Shown one piece after another: positions 1 to 12,558 of a stretch of DNA of 64,000 nucleotides. Position 1 is the stretch's first letter. Each line of letters starts with the position of its first letter. Under the pieces are notes generated by a model that saw only the letters and a program-made list of their open reading frames with translations, was not told where the DNA came from and ran no database searches. Made by a program: the position numbers and the translations under genes. This DNA comes from Octopus sinensis (lineage: Eukaryota), in assembly GCF_006345805.1 (NCBI RefSeq), contig NC_043002.1, forward strand, positions 83,886,001-83,950,000. Reading direction: 5' to 3'.

Positions 1-109
1 AAGGACTGACGGCAAACAAGCCTGCAATTCTTTACTGATGAGCTTCAAAGTAAAGAAAATAAGTCCTGTTTTTAAAATTTTCTGTTCTTTTTACTTTCTT
101 CTGTTTTAG

Positions 110-484
110 CTTTTCCGTATCCAGTTGTTTGCCTTCGGGAGAAGCAGCAGAGTGATTTTTGTGCAAAAAGACACCTGTAGAATCAAAGGACAGAACGAAG
201 CAAAAATGTTCAAAGCCAGTAAAACGGTTTTGAGCAAACTGAGGGAAACTGTACGACAGAAGACTAGAAATGCAGCAGAGGGAACGTTCGAGACTGAACC
301 TTGGAATTTGTGGCGGATTATATTTGTATGTTGCTTAAAGCCGAATACTGATAGAAATAAATTGACTAGAAACCACATTTTGAGTACCTATTATTATTTT
401 ATTTTCCTGAATAAAGTCGAAACGATATACTTTCTAGTGGTGGGTAAGATTAGCTTTCTGAAAACGACCCCACCGAAAATATAA
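110..484 (+). CDS. Terminal coding exon of paralogue A of the secreted Cyt-like gene family (upstream exons lie before the window)
   Basis: Polypyrimidine tract + TTTTAG acceptor (AG 108-109). Phase-0 translation LFRIQLFAFGRSSRVIFVQKDTCRIKGQNEAKMFKASKTVLSKLRETVRQKTRNAAEGTFET is colinear with exon 5 of gene B (29450-29644). The ORF runs on to TAA 482-484, but the homologous end is near 300. Confidence 0.8.
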   Translation, partial: LFRIQLFAFGRSSRVIFVQKDTCRIKGQNEAKMFKASKTVLSKLRETVRQKTRNAAEGTFETEPWNLWRIIFVCCLKPNTDRNKLTRNHILSTYYYFIFLNKVETIYFLVVGKISFLKTTPPKI

Positions 485-889
485 TTAGATATATCGGACA
501 AATTCTGTTTCCAGCCTACAGTTTCATTAAGCCGAAATTTATTCTGATTCCCATGATATTTAACTCTTTGAACCGTATATATATATATACATATATTTGT
601 AGTAGATCACTAATAATATAATGGTAGGTCTCTCACAGAAATACATTTATCTTTCTCACTAAGCTCAGTTAACTGCTAACACTTGCCTATCTATCTATCT
701 ATCGTGTTGTCCGCAGCCGAACACTATCAACCATTTGTCACCAAAATTGCCTCTCCTGCATTGCTTTTGGTTGGTAGCTCTTCATTAGACCAGAGTCTTC
801 AGCCATGAATGGCAAAGTCAGCCTCGGCGAAATTTGAGCAAAGAATATAAAGACCCGAAAAAACACACATACACACACACGTGTGTGTG

Positions 890-1100
890 TGTGAATGTAA
901 AGGCACACCAACGATTTTTTGAACAAAACAAGCAATTTGATTCCAACTCAAAACGATTGTACCAAGAACTGATTAAATTAAAATACAGATCAATGCAGTA
1001 CCAACAGCAAGAGATGTAGAAGAATGTTAGGAAGGGTCATGGGCTGCGAAAGAATCGCCCTGGAAAAGATTGAACAAATAGCAAAAACAGCACCTGAACA
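890..1100 (+). mobile_element. Decayed non-LTR retrotransposon fragment (R4/Dong-like, pre-RT region)
   Basis: HQRFFEQNKQFDSNSKRLYQEL resembles the QNxLFxxNxKRFY motif recalled from RLE-clade elements; short and frameshifted. Confidence 0.4.
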
Positions 1101-1479
1101 ACTTTGGACATCTGCAACAATAGAAGTAACTTAGGTATTTACTCTATGGTGAGTAAAATGTCACTGGAAGTCATTGGTTATAAGTCCCTTTCAGGTCCTA
1201 GAGATACCATTTGGTGGAATGAGGCTTATTCTGTAGACTACTGCATTGAAAAGTTAGAATCCTCTCAATGTGCAAATGGTATGATCCAGAAATCGCATAT
1301 AAATACTTAAGATAAAGCTTGCGTGGATGTAGGTGTGTTAGTGTGTGTGAGTGTATGTGTGGGTGTGCGCGCGCATATACACATACATATACATATATAT
1401 ATTGGTGTGATGTGAGATGCTGAAGGCAGTACTGTTTATGCAAGACTGTCTCACCTTGATAACATGCACATTAAAAACT

Positions 1480-2314
1480 TGCAGTATTTATATGTGCTTG
1501 GCTGATCAACGCCTCTAAAAGTGAACTACGCATACTAAGAATCCTCAGGACCATCAATTCTGATGTCAAAAGAGCGACTGGATTAGTACAATAGAAGCGA
1601 AGCTTATCTGTTATCAACTAGTTCCGCGGTATCTACGACAAACCAACCTGAAGATTAACCCAGTGTAATATCGTGTGGATTTTTATTTTTTCACATTGAA
1701 ACCTCTCTTCATTAAAGCCCTGGATCTCCGGAGACAATTCACTAAGATAAACGACCTTGATATTTGAATAGTCTTGGACGGTAGGAAATCACTTTTATAT
1801 TAGAATGACTTTTACTAGACCAAAATGGAAAGTGATCTGCTGTTCGACGCCTTCATGGGGAGTTACAACGGAACTAAGGTCGCAGACTTCGTTGAACTGT
1901 TCTTGATACTTTCAAAAAGGTACATCTACTACCAACTCAAATGTGAACGGAGACGATGGTCTAACAATTTTAAGTCAAGTTATAGATAGATACAAGAACT
2001 TAATAAGAATCTTCTACAAGTATGACTTAAATATAACTATCACCGCCAATTTAATCACAATCAGCTTCTTGGACGGACATTTCTTTAGACCTCGCCACAA
2101 GACAAACAAATAATGCTCCTAAAAATAGTTCAACGGGAAAACTATAGATATTCATATGAATTCTAATCAATACCATTCTAATGTACATTATTTACTTTAT
2201 TTACATTTGACGGATATTTGTCTTCATCTTGTTTGTTGTTAACACAACGTTTCGGCTGATATACCCTCCAGCCTGGGTTCTCATTCCTAACGTGTTTTTC
2301 GATGTTGTTGTTTG

Positions 2315-2358
<44 letters not shown>

Positions 2359-2720
2359 TTCACTGCCTGGAATCGAACTCGGAATCTTGGGGTTTGTAGC
2401 CCGCGCTCTTAATCACTACGCCATATGTCCGTTGCTGGTAACAGTAAAAGAATCTCCGATATATCCGCATATAGAGTTATCCTCGACAGATTTGTACATT
2501 ATTATCAAGAGGTGTTAGCGACGAGCGGTTTTAATAAGTTAATGTACATAAAGGACTCCATACTTCCACCTCCGAAGAGCGTTAAGAAGGAGAAAATAAT
2601 CTAGATGAATCTTCCTTTAAATGTAAATATCTCCGCAAACATAGCTAGGAATTTCTCCCTAGTTAGGGGACACTTCCGAAGTACTCATAAATACTTCAAA
2701 ACTGCGTATAGAGAAATATT
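1480..2720 (+). mobile_element. Decayed Penelope-like element RT region, interrupted
   Basis: LLFDAFMGSYNGTKVADFVELF (cf. FDVTMGSYDGAEVCELVGL), GDDGL (cf. YRDDGL), and at ~2600 IIxMNLPLNVNISANIARNF..HFRSTHKYFK. Many stops and frameshifts. Confidence 0.65.
2363..2428 (-). mobile_element. tRNA-derived SINE head with (AAT)n-type tail repeat
   Basis: Reverse complement carries A-box TGGCGTAGTGA and B-box GAGTTCGATTCC; adjoining (TTA)n array at 2320-2355. Confidence 0.55.
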
Positions 2721-3314
2721 CATTTTGTGAAATGAAAAGCACAAAAGAGAACTCAGTAATTTACTAGCTTTGTACCTCGAGTCTTCAGACTGCCTCACTC
2801 ATTCACTCTCTCTATCTCTCCCCTCTCTCTCTCTCTCTCTCTCAATAGGCATAATTTAAACCATTCCTCTCTATCTCTCTCTCTCTCACTTCCTCTCTCT
2901 TTCACTCACTCTCCCTTTCTTCTCTCATGTGTGTGCGAACGTATCTTCTGTTCTTTGTATCTAACTGGTCTTGCATCTCCTCTGCTTGGGCACTTTCATC
3001 CCACTTCTCTTCCCATCGCTCCATCACACTTGCTGCGTCCAATACTTCAAGCCCTGCAAGATCCAATATGCACGGTCCTTTTTTTTTTTTTTTCACCAGG
3101 ACATCACTCCCCCACCCCCCACCCCCCACCCCGCTGAAATATTGTCCCCTCTCATGTTTTACCTGCAGGTGTTGTCTTGTAATAGTTCAAACTGAATATT
3201 AACGACATCGATCACACCGGTCTCGGTGGATCTGCAAATGTAATGCGCACTGTCCCTTCTTGTAGATTCAGCAAGTTGTGTGTGGGGAGGTTGCTTGTGT
3301 GTGTGTGTGTGTGT

Positions 3315-3356
<42 letters not shown>

Positions 3357-3776
3357 ATACTACATATCATACATACATCTTGAAGTTTGTTTCACAATTG
3401 GTATCAGCTAAAAAAAAAAAAAAAAGCCAACCAGTTTCTTAACTGATTTTTTTTTCCTTTTATATGAAACGGGACAAAAAAATATACTTCAATACAGAAT
3501 ATATTGTAAAACATCGTAAACAACGATTGATACATATTTTAAAGTATCACAGCTGCTTCTTCTGAATATATAAGACAAAGAATGCGAATTGACGATGTAG
3601 ACTTATCTACGGTTTATAAAAAGAGAAGACATTGTTATACGGTTAAGAAGTTTGCTTAGTAACCAAATTTGTTCATGTGTTCAATCCCATTAAAGGGCAC
3701 TTTTTGCGAGTTTTAACCTCGGATCGTCTAATACGCCGCGAGTGGAACTGAATAGACGGAAACTCTGCAAAAGCCT

Positions 3777-3778
<2 letters not shown>

Positions 3779-3863
<85 letters not shown>

Positions 3864-3875
3864 GTGTGTGTGTGG
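3779..3875. repeat. (TG)n microsatellite (one of dozens of TA, TG, TACA, GATA arrays in the window)
   Basis: Direct reading. Confidence 0.95.
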
Positions 3876-3892
3876 AGGTGCGTGACTTAGTG

Positions 3893-4125
3893 GAAGGCGG
3901 CGAGCTGGCAGAAGCGTTAGCACGGCGGGTGAAATGCGTAGCCGTATTTCGTCTGTCGTTACGTTCTGAGTTCAAATTCCGCCGTGGTCGACTTTGCCTT
4001 TCATCCTTTCAGGGTCGATGAATTAAGTACCAGTTACGCACTGGGGTCGATATAATCGACTTAATCCGTTGGTCTGTCCTTGTCTGTCCTTGTCTGTCCC
4101 CTCTATGGAGTAGTAAAGAAATAGG
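3893..4125 (+). mobile_element. SINE family S1 (GAAGGCGGCGAGCTGGCAGAA...), Octopus-type
   Basis: Near-identical copies at 26803, 28018, 54410 and on the minus strand at 24575, 29755, 40365. Confidence 0.85.
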
Positions 4126-4328
4126 TTAGGGTATTGTTCTTATGGTCGTTATCTAGTGGTTTCAATTCCTGGACCAGGCGATACTTTATGTTCTTAAGCA
4201 AAGCACTTCATTTCACTTTGCTCCAGTCCCCTCAGCCGGCAAAACTGAGTAATCCTGCGACAGACAGGCCTTATGAGCCTATGGCAGGGGAAGTACCTTT
4301 GTTCACGCTCTATATGTGTATATGGATA

Positions 4329-7300
4329 CAGCGCGGGGCGTAAGTCCGTTAATCCGTTAATCGGTAATTAACGAAGTTAACATTTTTGTTAACGATTTAA
4401 CTTTTAAGTTAACTTTGAAAATCATTATCGGACTAATTAACTTCCGTTACATTTAGCTTCCGTTAACACAACTCCGCTAGCTCAAAACTCGTCTACTGCA
4501 TCCCTTTGGTCAATGCAGTTTTGGAAGGCATCGACAAAAGATTTGCGACCCTCCTGGACGATGAGGAATGCCAACTGGCTGCTGTCTTCTTGGGTGAGCA
4601 AGTGTTGGTGGTCTTGTTCAAGTTCAACATCTTTCCCAGTGCTGCAGCTGAGCGTTTATTTTCCCTGGGCAAGGACATCTTGAGTGCCATGAGATCGTCC
4701 TTGTCTGATGAAAATTTTAGTATGTTAATTTTCGTGAAGGTCAACATGAATCTCATCAACAAAATGGATGAGAAGAAGAGGAAAAATTAAATTATGTATA
4801 TATAGGCGTAGGAGTGGCTGTGTGGTAAGTAGCTTGCTTACGAACCCCATGCTTCCGGGTTCAGTCCCACTGCGTGGCACCTTGGGCAAGTGTCTTGTAC
4901 AAAGCCTCGGGCCGACCAAAGCCTTGTGAGTGGATTTGGTAGACGGAAACTGAAAGAAGCCAGTCGTATATATGTATATATATATGTACTTGTGTGTCTG
5001 TGTTTGTCCGCCCCCCCCCTTCCAACATCGCTTGACAACCGATGCTGGTGTGTTTATGTCCCCGTAACTTACCGGTTCGGCAAAAGAGACCGATAGAATA
5101 AGTACTAGGCTTACAAAGAATAAGTCCTGGGGCTAAAGGCAGTGCTCTAGCATGGCCACAATCAAATGACTGAAACATGTAAAAGGGTAAAAAGAGTAAA
5201 AGAATATCATTTAAAAAATTTTTTTTTTTTTTACGGCCACTTTATCAATAATACAATATTGTATTTCATTTGAGTTTTTTTTACCCTTTTCTGGCTCTAA
5301 AAGCGTTTAAAAATCTTTTAAAAATGCCAAAACTATGAAATCAGCATTTTATAGCCCCTTTGAAATTTAAAACTATAAAGTCAGCATTTTTTTACGCTAA
5401 TAAAAAAAACTATAGTTTTGGGGTTCTAAGGCCCTCAAAAAGGCTAAAAAAGCTGACTTTATAGTTATGGCACTTTTTAACCCTATAATGTTTAAACCGG
5501 CCAAAACCCGTTGTATCTAATTCCTCTACGAAATCTTTTAGAAAATAAACAAATCACGTTAGTAAAATTTCGTAGCTTTGAGATAATGTGAAGGCTTTTC
5601 TTCCAGAAAGCTCAGAACCGGGAGAAACGCAAAATTAAATGAGATGGATGTCAACAGAGAAAATATTGACTTCCACAAAGTGGAAAAAGTAAATGGAAGG
5701 AAAAAAGTTGGTAAATATTTCGGTGTGAACGCAAATAGCTGTTACGTGGTAGCAGGGTACGCTAGAAATAGCAGCTAAATCTTTCTTTTTCTGGAAAAAG
5801 GAGCCGTTTACGCTTGGTATCACATTCGTTGAAAGCATGCAAAATAACCTGGAAAAGAAAAAGACCCGCGAAACAATACTCCCTCGGTGGGAAACTTAGA
5901 GGTCCCCACCACCCTTCCTACCTTTCTTTTCTGGAAAAAAGTGGCTTGCGGCAGATTTGGAGGTCAGATACGTTGAATGCACCCGAAAAAAACTATGAAA
6001 AAAATTATTCCACACCGAGGTACGAAATATTTACCGAAAGAATAAAATCTTGTACCGATTATAACTGCTTTTTTTTTTTAAATAATTCAAATTAATGTAC
6101 CTCATCTTGAAAAGTGGCAACATTTTTGTCAGTTGAATTTTAGTAACAAATCAAACAGGTAAGATGCATTTAGAATTTCAATTTTAGTGTTTATCCATAA
6201 TGTTATTGCTGTTACACCTGTTAATTAAATTTACCTGCCCATAAAAGTCAAATTTACTCAGCAGGGTCAGCTAAATTTACATAACAATAAACCAGTGGTA
6301 TATAAAGCACCCACTGACAAAATTTCAAATCTGTATGTAAAAAATTTACAAAGTTACAAGCAAATATTGTGGACACCTCTCTTTAACCTGAATAATTCAA
6401 AATAATACGAATAAATAAGCATTACATTTGACAGATTAATATGAACACTAAAGATGTGTTTAGGTGTGTGTTTTTTTCTTACACATACACACATAACACG
6501 GCCTCGATCGGTTGGGACTACACGTGTGTCAATTTGACATCATCATTCCATAAAATTTGTTTATGGTGAGAAAAATATTGAAAAATATCAATAGATATGT
6601 GAGTGAGAAAGAAACAAGGAGGGAGGTTTTGAGATGTGCTAGAAATAACAGCCAGATATCCCTTAAATCACACATTTTCCTCTGAAATTATTGGCAATTT
6701 TTTAAAACTGAAAATGTTTCACCGGTTTTAAGTGCATAGTGAAAAATAAATGGCCAAACTCGTTTCGAACTGGGATAGTGAAGGGGCGGCGGGAGTGAAA
6801 AAAATTTTTTTTTCTGTTTTTCGTGAAAAGGTGTCTCCCATCATTCTGAAGACTTTGGTGAAAAACATTGGAAAAATTCCCCTTCAAAACGGAGACATTT
6901 CAACTTATGTAGGCCGTCTGGTCCGAAAATCTGTTTTCCAGAAACTCCTCCATCTCTCCCCCTTCCAAAGAATTTTCCTATAAATTTCTTTATAATAGTA
7001 ATCTACATCGTTTAAAAGGTATTTGTATAGAATTTCATATACAAATTCCTATTTTCCAGAAAATATGAGGTGGGAAATGTCGAGTCATGTGAATTTTCTG
7101 AAACTCGTCTCCCTAACCCCTCGGAAAAAAAATTTCCAACAAATTTTTACTTACACTCAATCTACAGGATATAAGCGATTATTTGGTAAAAGTTTGTTAA
7201 ACGGTGTCAATTTTTCTGGAAGTTATAAGGCAACGAAGTTGGTGGGGTATTAGTTATGCCTTTTTCACTACATGTTAACGTTAACGGATTAGCATTAACT

Positions 7301-7403
7301 TCCGTTACACTTTCAAAGAATTAAGGGCTTAACGAAGTTAACCTTTTGGATAACAAGTTAATCCTTAACGAAGTTAGCTTTCGATTAACGGTGCCCACCT
7401 CTG
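4329..7403 (+). mobile_element. Decayed hAT DNA transposon with nested insertions
   Basis: Related CAG(A/C)G..GGGC termini with subterminal GTTAAC/CCGTTAAT repeats at both ends. hAT dimerisation-domain remnant PSAAAERLFSLGKDILSAMRSSLSDENFSMLIFVK at ~4640-4745. Flanks TATGGATA/TGTATATA match 5/8 as a possible decayed TSD. Confidence 0.65.
4805..5204 (+). mobile_element. SINE family S2 (GGCGCAGGAGTGGCTGTGTGGTAAG...), tRNA-like head, internal microsatellite, (AAAGAGT)n tail
   Basis: Multiple near-identical copies (19951, 31915, 45875, 48085, 51800, 53156). Confidence 0.85.
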
Positions 7404-7413
7404 TGTATATATA

Positions 7414-7482
<69 letters not shown>

Positions 7483-7979
7483 GGTCCCGGGTTGAGTCGG
7501 GGTAAACCACAGTAAATAAGGTACTCAGTACATAGCAGAGTAAATTAATTTATTTTATAGAAGGAGCTTCTACAGGACTAGAACTGTTTCATTCAGATGA
7601 AATCTTCAGGAAGCTGGCTATCAAAATAAGTTCTGGTATTTATTCATTTAGGCAGATTTAATGGAGTGGTGGTGGCAGGGGGGACGTTTTTTGGGTAGGT
7701 TGGTATTTAGGAGATAAACAGGTCACAGGCTATTGCTCTTAGGGGAGTGGTCAAAAGGCCAGAGCATTTTTGGAATGAGAAGAATCAGTAAGAAAATAAA
7801 TAAATGAATAAATAGAATAAATGAATAGAAATTCAACAGATATATGGGATGGGGTTTTTTGGTAAATTAGAAGACAATTGCTTTTTGGTGGTCAAGAAGA
7901 GGTAGGCGGTTTGTTAGGTGGAGGGAATAAATAGATAAATAGATAAATAGATAAATAGATAAATGGCCATTTATATATG

Positions 7980-8024
<45 letters not shown>

Positions 8025-8028
<4 letters not shown>

Positions 8029-9045
8029 CTGAGAATGTGTCTGTCTGTGTGTTTCCCTAAAACTTGAGAACTACACAACCAATTTCATTCAAATTTTACA
8101 CATGCCTTACTTAGGGTCCATGTAGTTTCATGGGCAAAAAAATGTTCAACTTCTTGCCTAGAGCGAGCCCGTAGCAATATCATATATTCTCCACTATTTC
8201 AGTATTACGTGTTAAAAGTGAAAAAAAAAACATTTCTCTATTTTATGTCAGATACTTTCACTTTAAAAATAAATATAATAATAACAATTGAATTATATGT
8301 GGTAAGTAATAATTAAAATCAAACTAAAGTATAATATAATCGTAACATAACAAAAGTAAAAATAGCAATTGGTATAAAATTGCATCAATGACTTGAACTT
8401 GAATAAGTGGTTTCACATGAATGGGAATAAATTAAAAATAAAATTAGCGTGCAGAAATGGAATAGTCCAGATGGATAATAAAAAATTAAATTAAAGAAAA
8501 GACTATTGTCTATAAAGTATACAATGTAGAGAAAAAAATTTGAACACCTGGAGGAAAGCACCATCGAAAAGTGTCTTGGTGCGACTATGAAAGATAGCTA
8601 ACCAGAGGCGGTAAATTCGCCACAATAGAAGCAAGGTTCGAGTCAACGGAGCATGCAAGGGAGTACTCGACTCGAACTTGCAAAGTGGAAATATTTTATT
8701 TTTACCTTTATATCTGGGACGTAGGACGTCCCGGATAAAAATTTAAAATGTCACCCCCACCCAATAGCAGTAGAGGTAGGCTGGATTGTAGCCACATTTC
8801 TATACTAGAGGGAGGACAAGATACAATTGATCGAAAGTGCAAGAGACGGGCTTGCAATTCCAGTCTGTTATATATTTTGAGTATTGTTATCACTAGCGAT
8901 ATCAAGATATAACTTTGTATTTTGTATTTTATGTGTAGATGTTTATATATATATATATATGTACATGTAATATGTACACATATATATACACATATATACA
9001 TGCACTAGCACTATGACCCGTCGTTGCCGGGTCATAATGCTACTA
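8025..9045. mobile_element. Helitron/Helentron-like non-autonomous element
   Basis: Starts after a (TA)n array with GTCTGTCTGTGTG...AACCAATTTCATTCAAATTTT. Ends in the palindrome TAGCACTATGACCCG-N7-CGGGTCATAATGCTA (9006-9042). Confidence 0.4.
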
Positions 9046-9047
9046 TA

Positions 9048-9117
<70 letters not shown>

Positions 9118-10109
9118 CATATATGTGTGTGTGTATGTGTGTGTCTGTATATATATATACAGACACACACATACACACACAAATGTCTGCTATATCAGAT
9201 ATATATGATCCTTTCTACTCTAAGCACAAGGTCTGAATTTTGGAGGAGAGCAGATATTCGATGTAATCGACCCCGAAAGTCAACCCAGATGGAATTTGAA
9301 CTCAAAACGTAAAGACGGACGAAAAGCTGCGAAGCATTTAACCCGACGTGCTAACAATTCAGCCAGCTCGCCGCCTCTTATTCAATATGCATCATACCAT
9401 AAATTAATATTCAGCACCTGTTAATAGGTCGCTTGTAGACGGTTGTTTGTTAAGTTACATTGCGACTTCTTATATCGACTGTTGTTATGCCCGCAATGTC
9501 ATACTGATGTAGTGGTTGACTCGACTACAGGGTTTACAGGAAGCAAAAGTTTCAATTCCCGAAGGTGGTGTTATATTTATTTTTATCTATGTGTGTGTTT
9601 GTATATATTCATATATACAAACACACATGCCAATAGAGGAAGAACTAGTTTCTAAACTAGATCCAAGGTACCGTCATTGGAATTTCAACAACATCAACAG
9701 GATATTTTCGTATGTATATGTGTAGACATGTATGTTTTGTTTTATGTGTGTACTCTCATGCATATAGCTGCATATCTAGACATGCTCATGTAAGTATGTA
9801 TGTATGTCATTATTCAGTTTATTTCAAAATTTCTTGCCAATAAAGAACCGATTCTAACCTAGATCCAAGGCTCCTTCATTGGAATTTCAACATCAACAAC
9901 AGGGTATGTATGTATGTATGTATGTATGTATGTATGTATGTATGTATGTATGTATGTATGTATGTATGTATGTATGTGCAGACTTGTATGTTTTATGTAT
10001 GTATTCCCATGCATATATATGCATATCTAGACATGCTTATATATATTTAAATCATAAACTTCTGGAAAGTCTTACAGATTTTTACAGTTCCAGTGATGGA
10101 TTGGATCTA

Positions 10110-11000
10110 TAGTCTTCGAATTAGCTTTCTTCTTTCTGGTTTTGAGAAGCCTTATTTCTCAGGATTGGTATTTAGGCAGTGTGTTACATATCCCAGGGCC
10201 CCAATAATTACAGTTATAAACTTGAACTTGTAATCTGGATAGAGTAACTGCAGATTTCTCAATAGCTCAGTATTAGTGTTCTCTTTTTCACTGATCTTCA
10301 GCTTTATGTTAACATCTGCTGTGCAGCTAATTTCCACAACTGTGCACAGTTTCTCTTCTCAATCCCAAATCATTATATTGGGTTTGTTGTGCTCACATTT
10401 TATTAAGGTCTTCACTGCGACATTCCACCAGTACTCCTTTTTATTATGAGTGGCTATGACTTCTACCATATTGTGGATTCTTATTTCTTTGTCCTCGGGA
10501 TCATCCTTCCGACGGATTTCATTATAGAGTGTCCTAGTTACAACATCATGTCTCATCAGTAGATAATACCATGATGACATTTTCGGACAACTGCTTATGA
10601 TGTGGGTGATACCATCAGTGTAAACTCCACAAAGTCTGCATTAGTTGTCACATTGTGCGGCTTTTATTGCATCTTTATCCCTTTTGTGAATCAGGTACTT
10701 GGTTGATATTTCCTTTCCTAGTTTGCAAACGAATACCCTTCAAAGTAGGAGGTAGTAATCCTGCTATTGGTCCATGATAAATTGCTTTGATGATCGATGT
10801 TACTATCATCACGGAGCTTTCTACTAACGTATCCATGCATAGTCTTCTCTTCATATAGACTCATCCTTTCATCTGATGATACTTTGCAGTAGAGTCGTGC
10901 TGCTTCTTTGGACATGTATTCTAGGTTATCAGACAAAGAGTGTTGTTCAAGGAGCTACCTTCCAAGTCTTATGATGTTATCAGCCTCATGTAGGCAAACA
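10110..11000 (-). mobile_element. Decayed RLE-type non-LTR retrotransposon 3' end (CCHC knuckle + restriction-like endonuclease)
   Basis: CRLCGVYTDGITHIISSCPKMSS..RHD, YWWNVAVKT..CEHNKPNIMIWD, EISCTADVNIKLKISEKE, FITVIIGALG; stops between segments. Confidence 0.8.
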
Positions 11001-11011
11001 TGCGACATGTG

Positions 11012-11043
<32 letters not shown>

Positions 11044-12508
11044 TGTATGTATGTATGTATGTATGTATGTATGTATGTATGTATGCGTGCATGGGTGCAT
11101 GCATGCATGTATGTATATATGTGTGTATGTATATATGATTTTTCTTTGAGTTTAATTTAATTCTTCTTGGGAAAGTTCAAGACAGTCGCTAACAAAGCGA
11201 CAAGACTTCTTGAGTTAAGAGAGTTCCTGGTGTTTCTAAATATATGTTTGAAATGATGTGTTGTTTGAAATATTGAAGCATACATCCAAGTGTGTGCATC
11301 TATTCACATAAGAATCTCAGATGGAGTATTTTTGGAATGTCATACAGATCTTCACTGTGCCACCTGTGTCAATCTCGCGGTTAGAAATGCAGCGAACCAG
11401 TGGATGGCCTATCAGGCACCTGTAACCATTCTTAAAATTTAAATACACAAGTAGAAGAAATATAGCAAATATAGTTTAGGTAGACATCTATTCTTTTTAC
11501 TGTTATACGCCACGTTGACTCTAGATTAAAATTTATGATAAAGAAGAATAATTTTTGTCAATATTGATTAATATAAAGACATAATAATATTCTTTTACCA
11601 GCGACAAGCTGGCAGTGTCGTTAGCGTTCCGAGCAAAATACTTAGCGACATTTCGTCCGTCTTTACATTCTGAGTTCATATTCTACCGGAGTCGACTTTG
11701 TCTTTCATCCTTTCGGGGTCGATAAAATAAGTACTAGGGTCGGTGTAATCGAAATTACTGGCCTTGTGCAAAAATTAGAAACCAGTATTCTTTTGCAGCA
11801 TTGCAATCCTTTATTTTGAAACAGATCTCTAGTATGAAAATGTGTTTCTGTTTTAGTTAAAAGTTTAACATTTTGCTTGAAAATATATTTAACTATATCG
11901 AACAGACGGATTTGCTATGAACTGCATTAAAATGTCCCTTCATAAATTAGATGTGCTGAACAAATCTTTGGTTTCTTTTAATAATTGGTTAACCAATAAA
12001 TATATCTTATTTAACTAGAGAGATAGTCTGGGGGTTTTTTTCTTTTTTCTTTTTTCTTCTTTTTTTTTTTTGTTCTTTCTTTTTCTTTTTTTACATTCAG
12101 TATATTTCCCGGATATCCGTTTAATTCTTTTCAAATGTTATGCAGAAGCAGGCCTTTCAATGTCTCTCAAAAATGTTAGTTTAAAGACACCACTTCCAGT
12201 CCCCAAAAAATGTAGCAGAAAAAGAAGATCTCTCGATCAAAAATATACTATTACACTTTTGCTATATGAGTAAAATACACGATAGATGAAATACGTTTAA
12301 ACATGATCTTCTAATGTCAAAATGGTAACCTGCAATTCGTGTAGCTGACATTGCTTTTGTTTCACCCTTTATGTTCTATAGCATCAAGAAATTAGAAACA
12401 ATATAACACAGAAATTAAAATTAAAAATGAACAGTTTTAAGGAATGGATTTAATTTTATATGATACTTAACATAATTTTGCAAGCACATGTTATTTTATA
12501 CACATATA

Positions 12509-12558
<50 letters not shown>

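Noticed and set aside
35-60. CTGATGA as a hammerhead core (also 33451-33457 within the inverted repeat)
   Set aside because: There is no paired stem II followed by GAAA and no stem I/NUH.
8943-9312. ORFs rich in YI/IY, MYVC, HT, CV repeats here and throughout (e.g. 15466-15868, 24015-24428, 32087-32616, 51592-51986, 63490-63994)
   Set aside because: They are translations of TA, TACA and CA microsatellites, not proteins.
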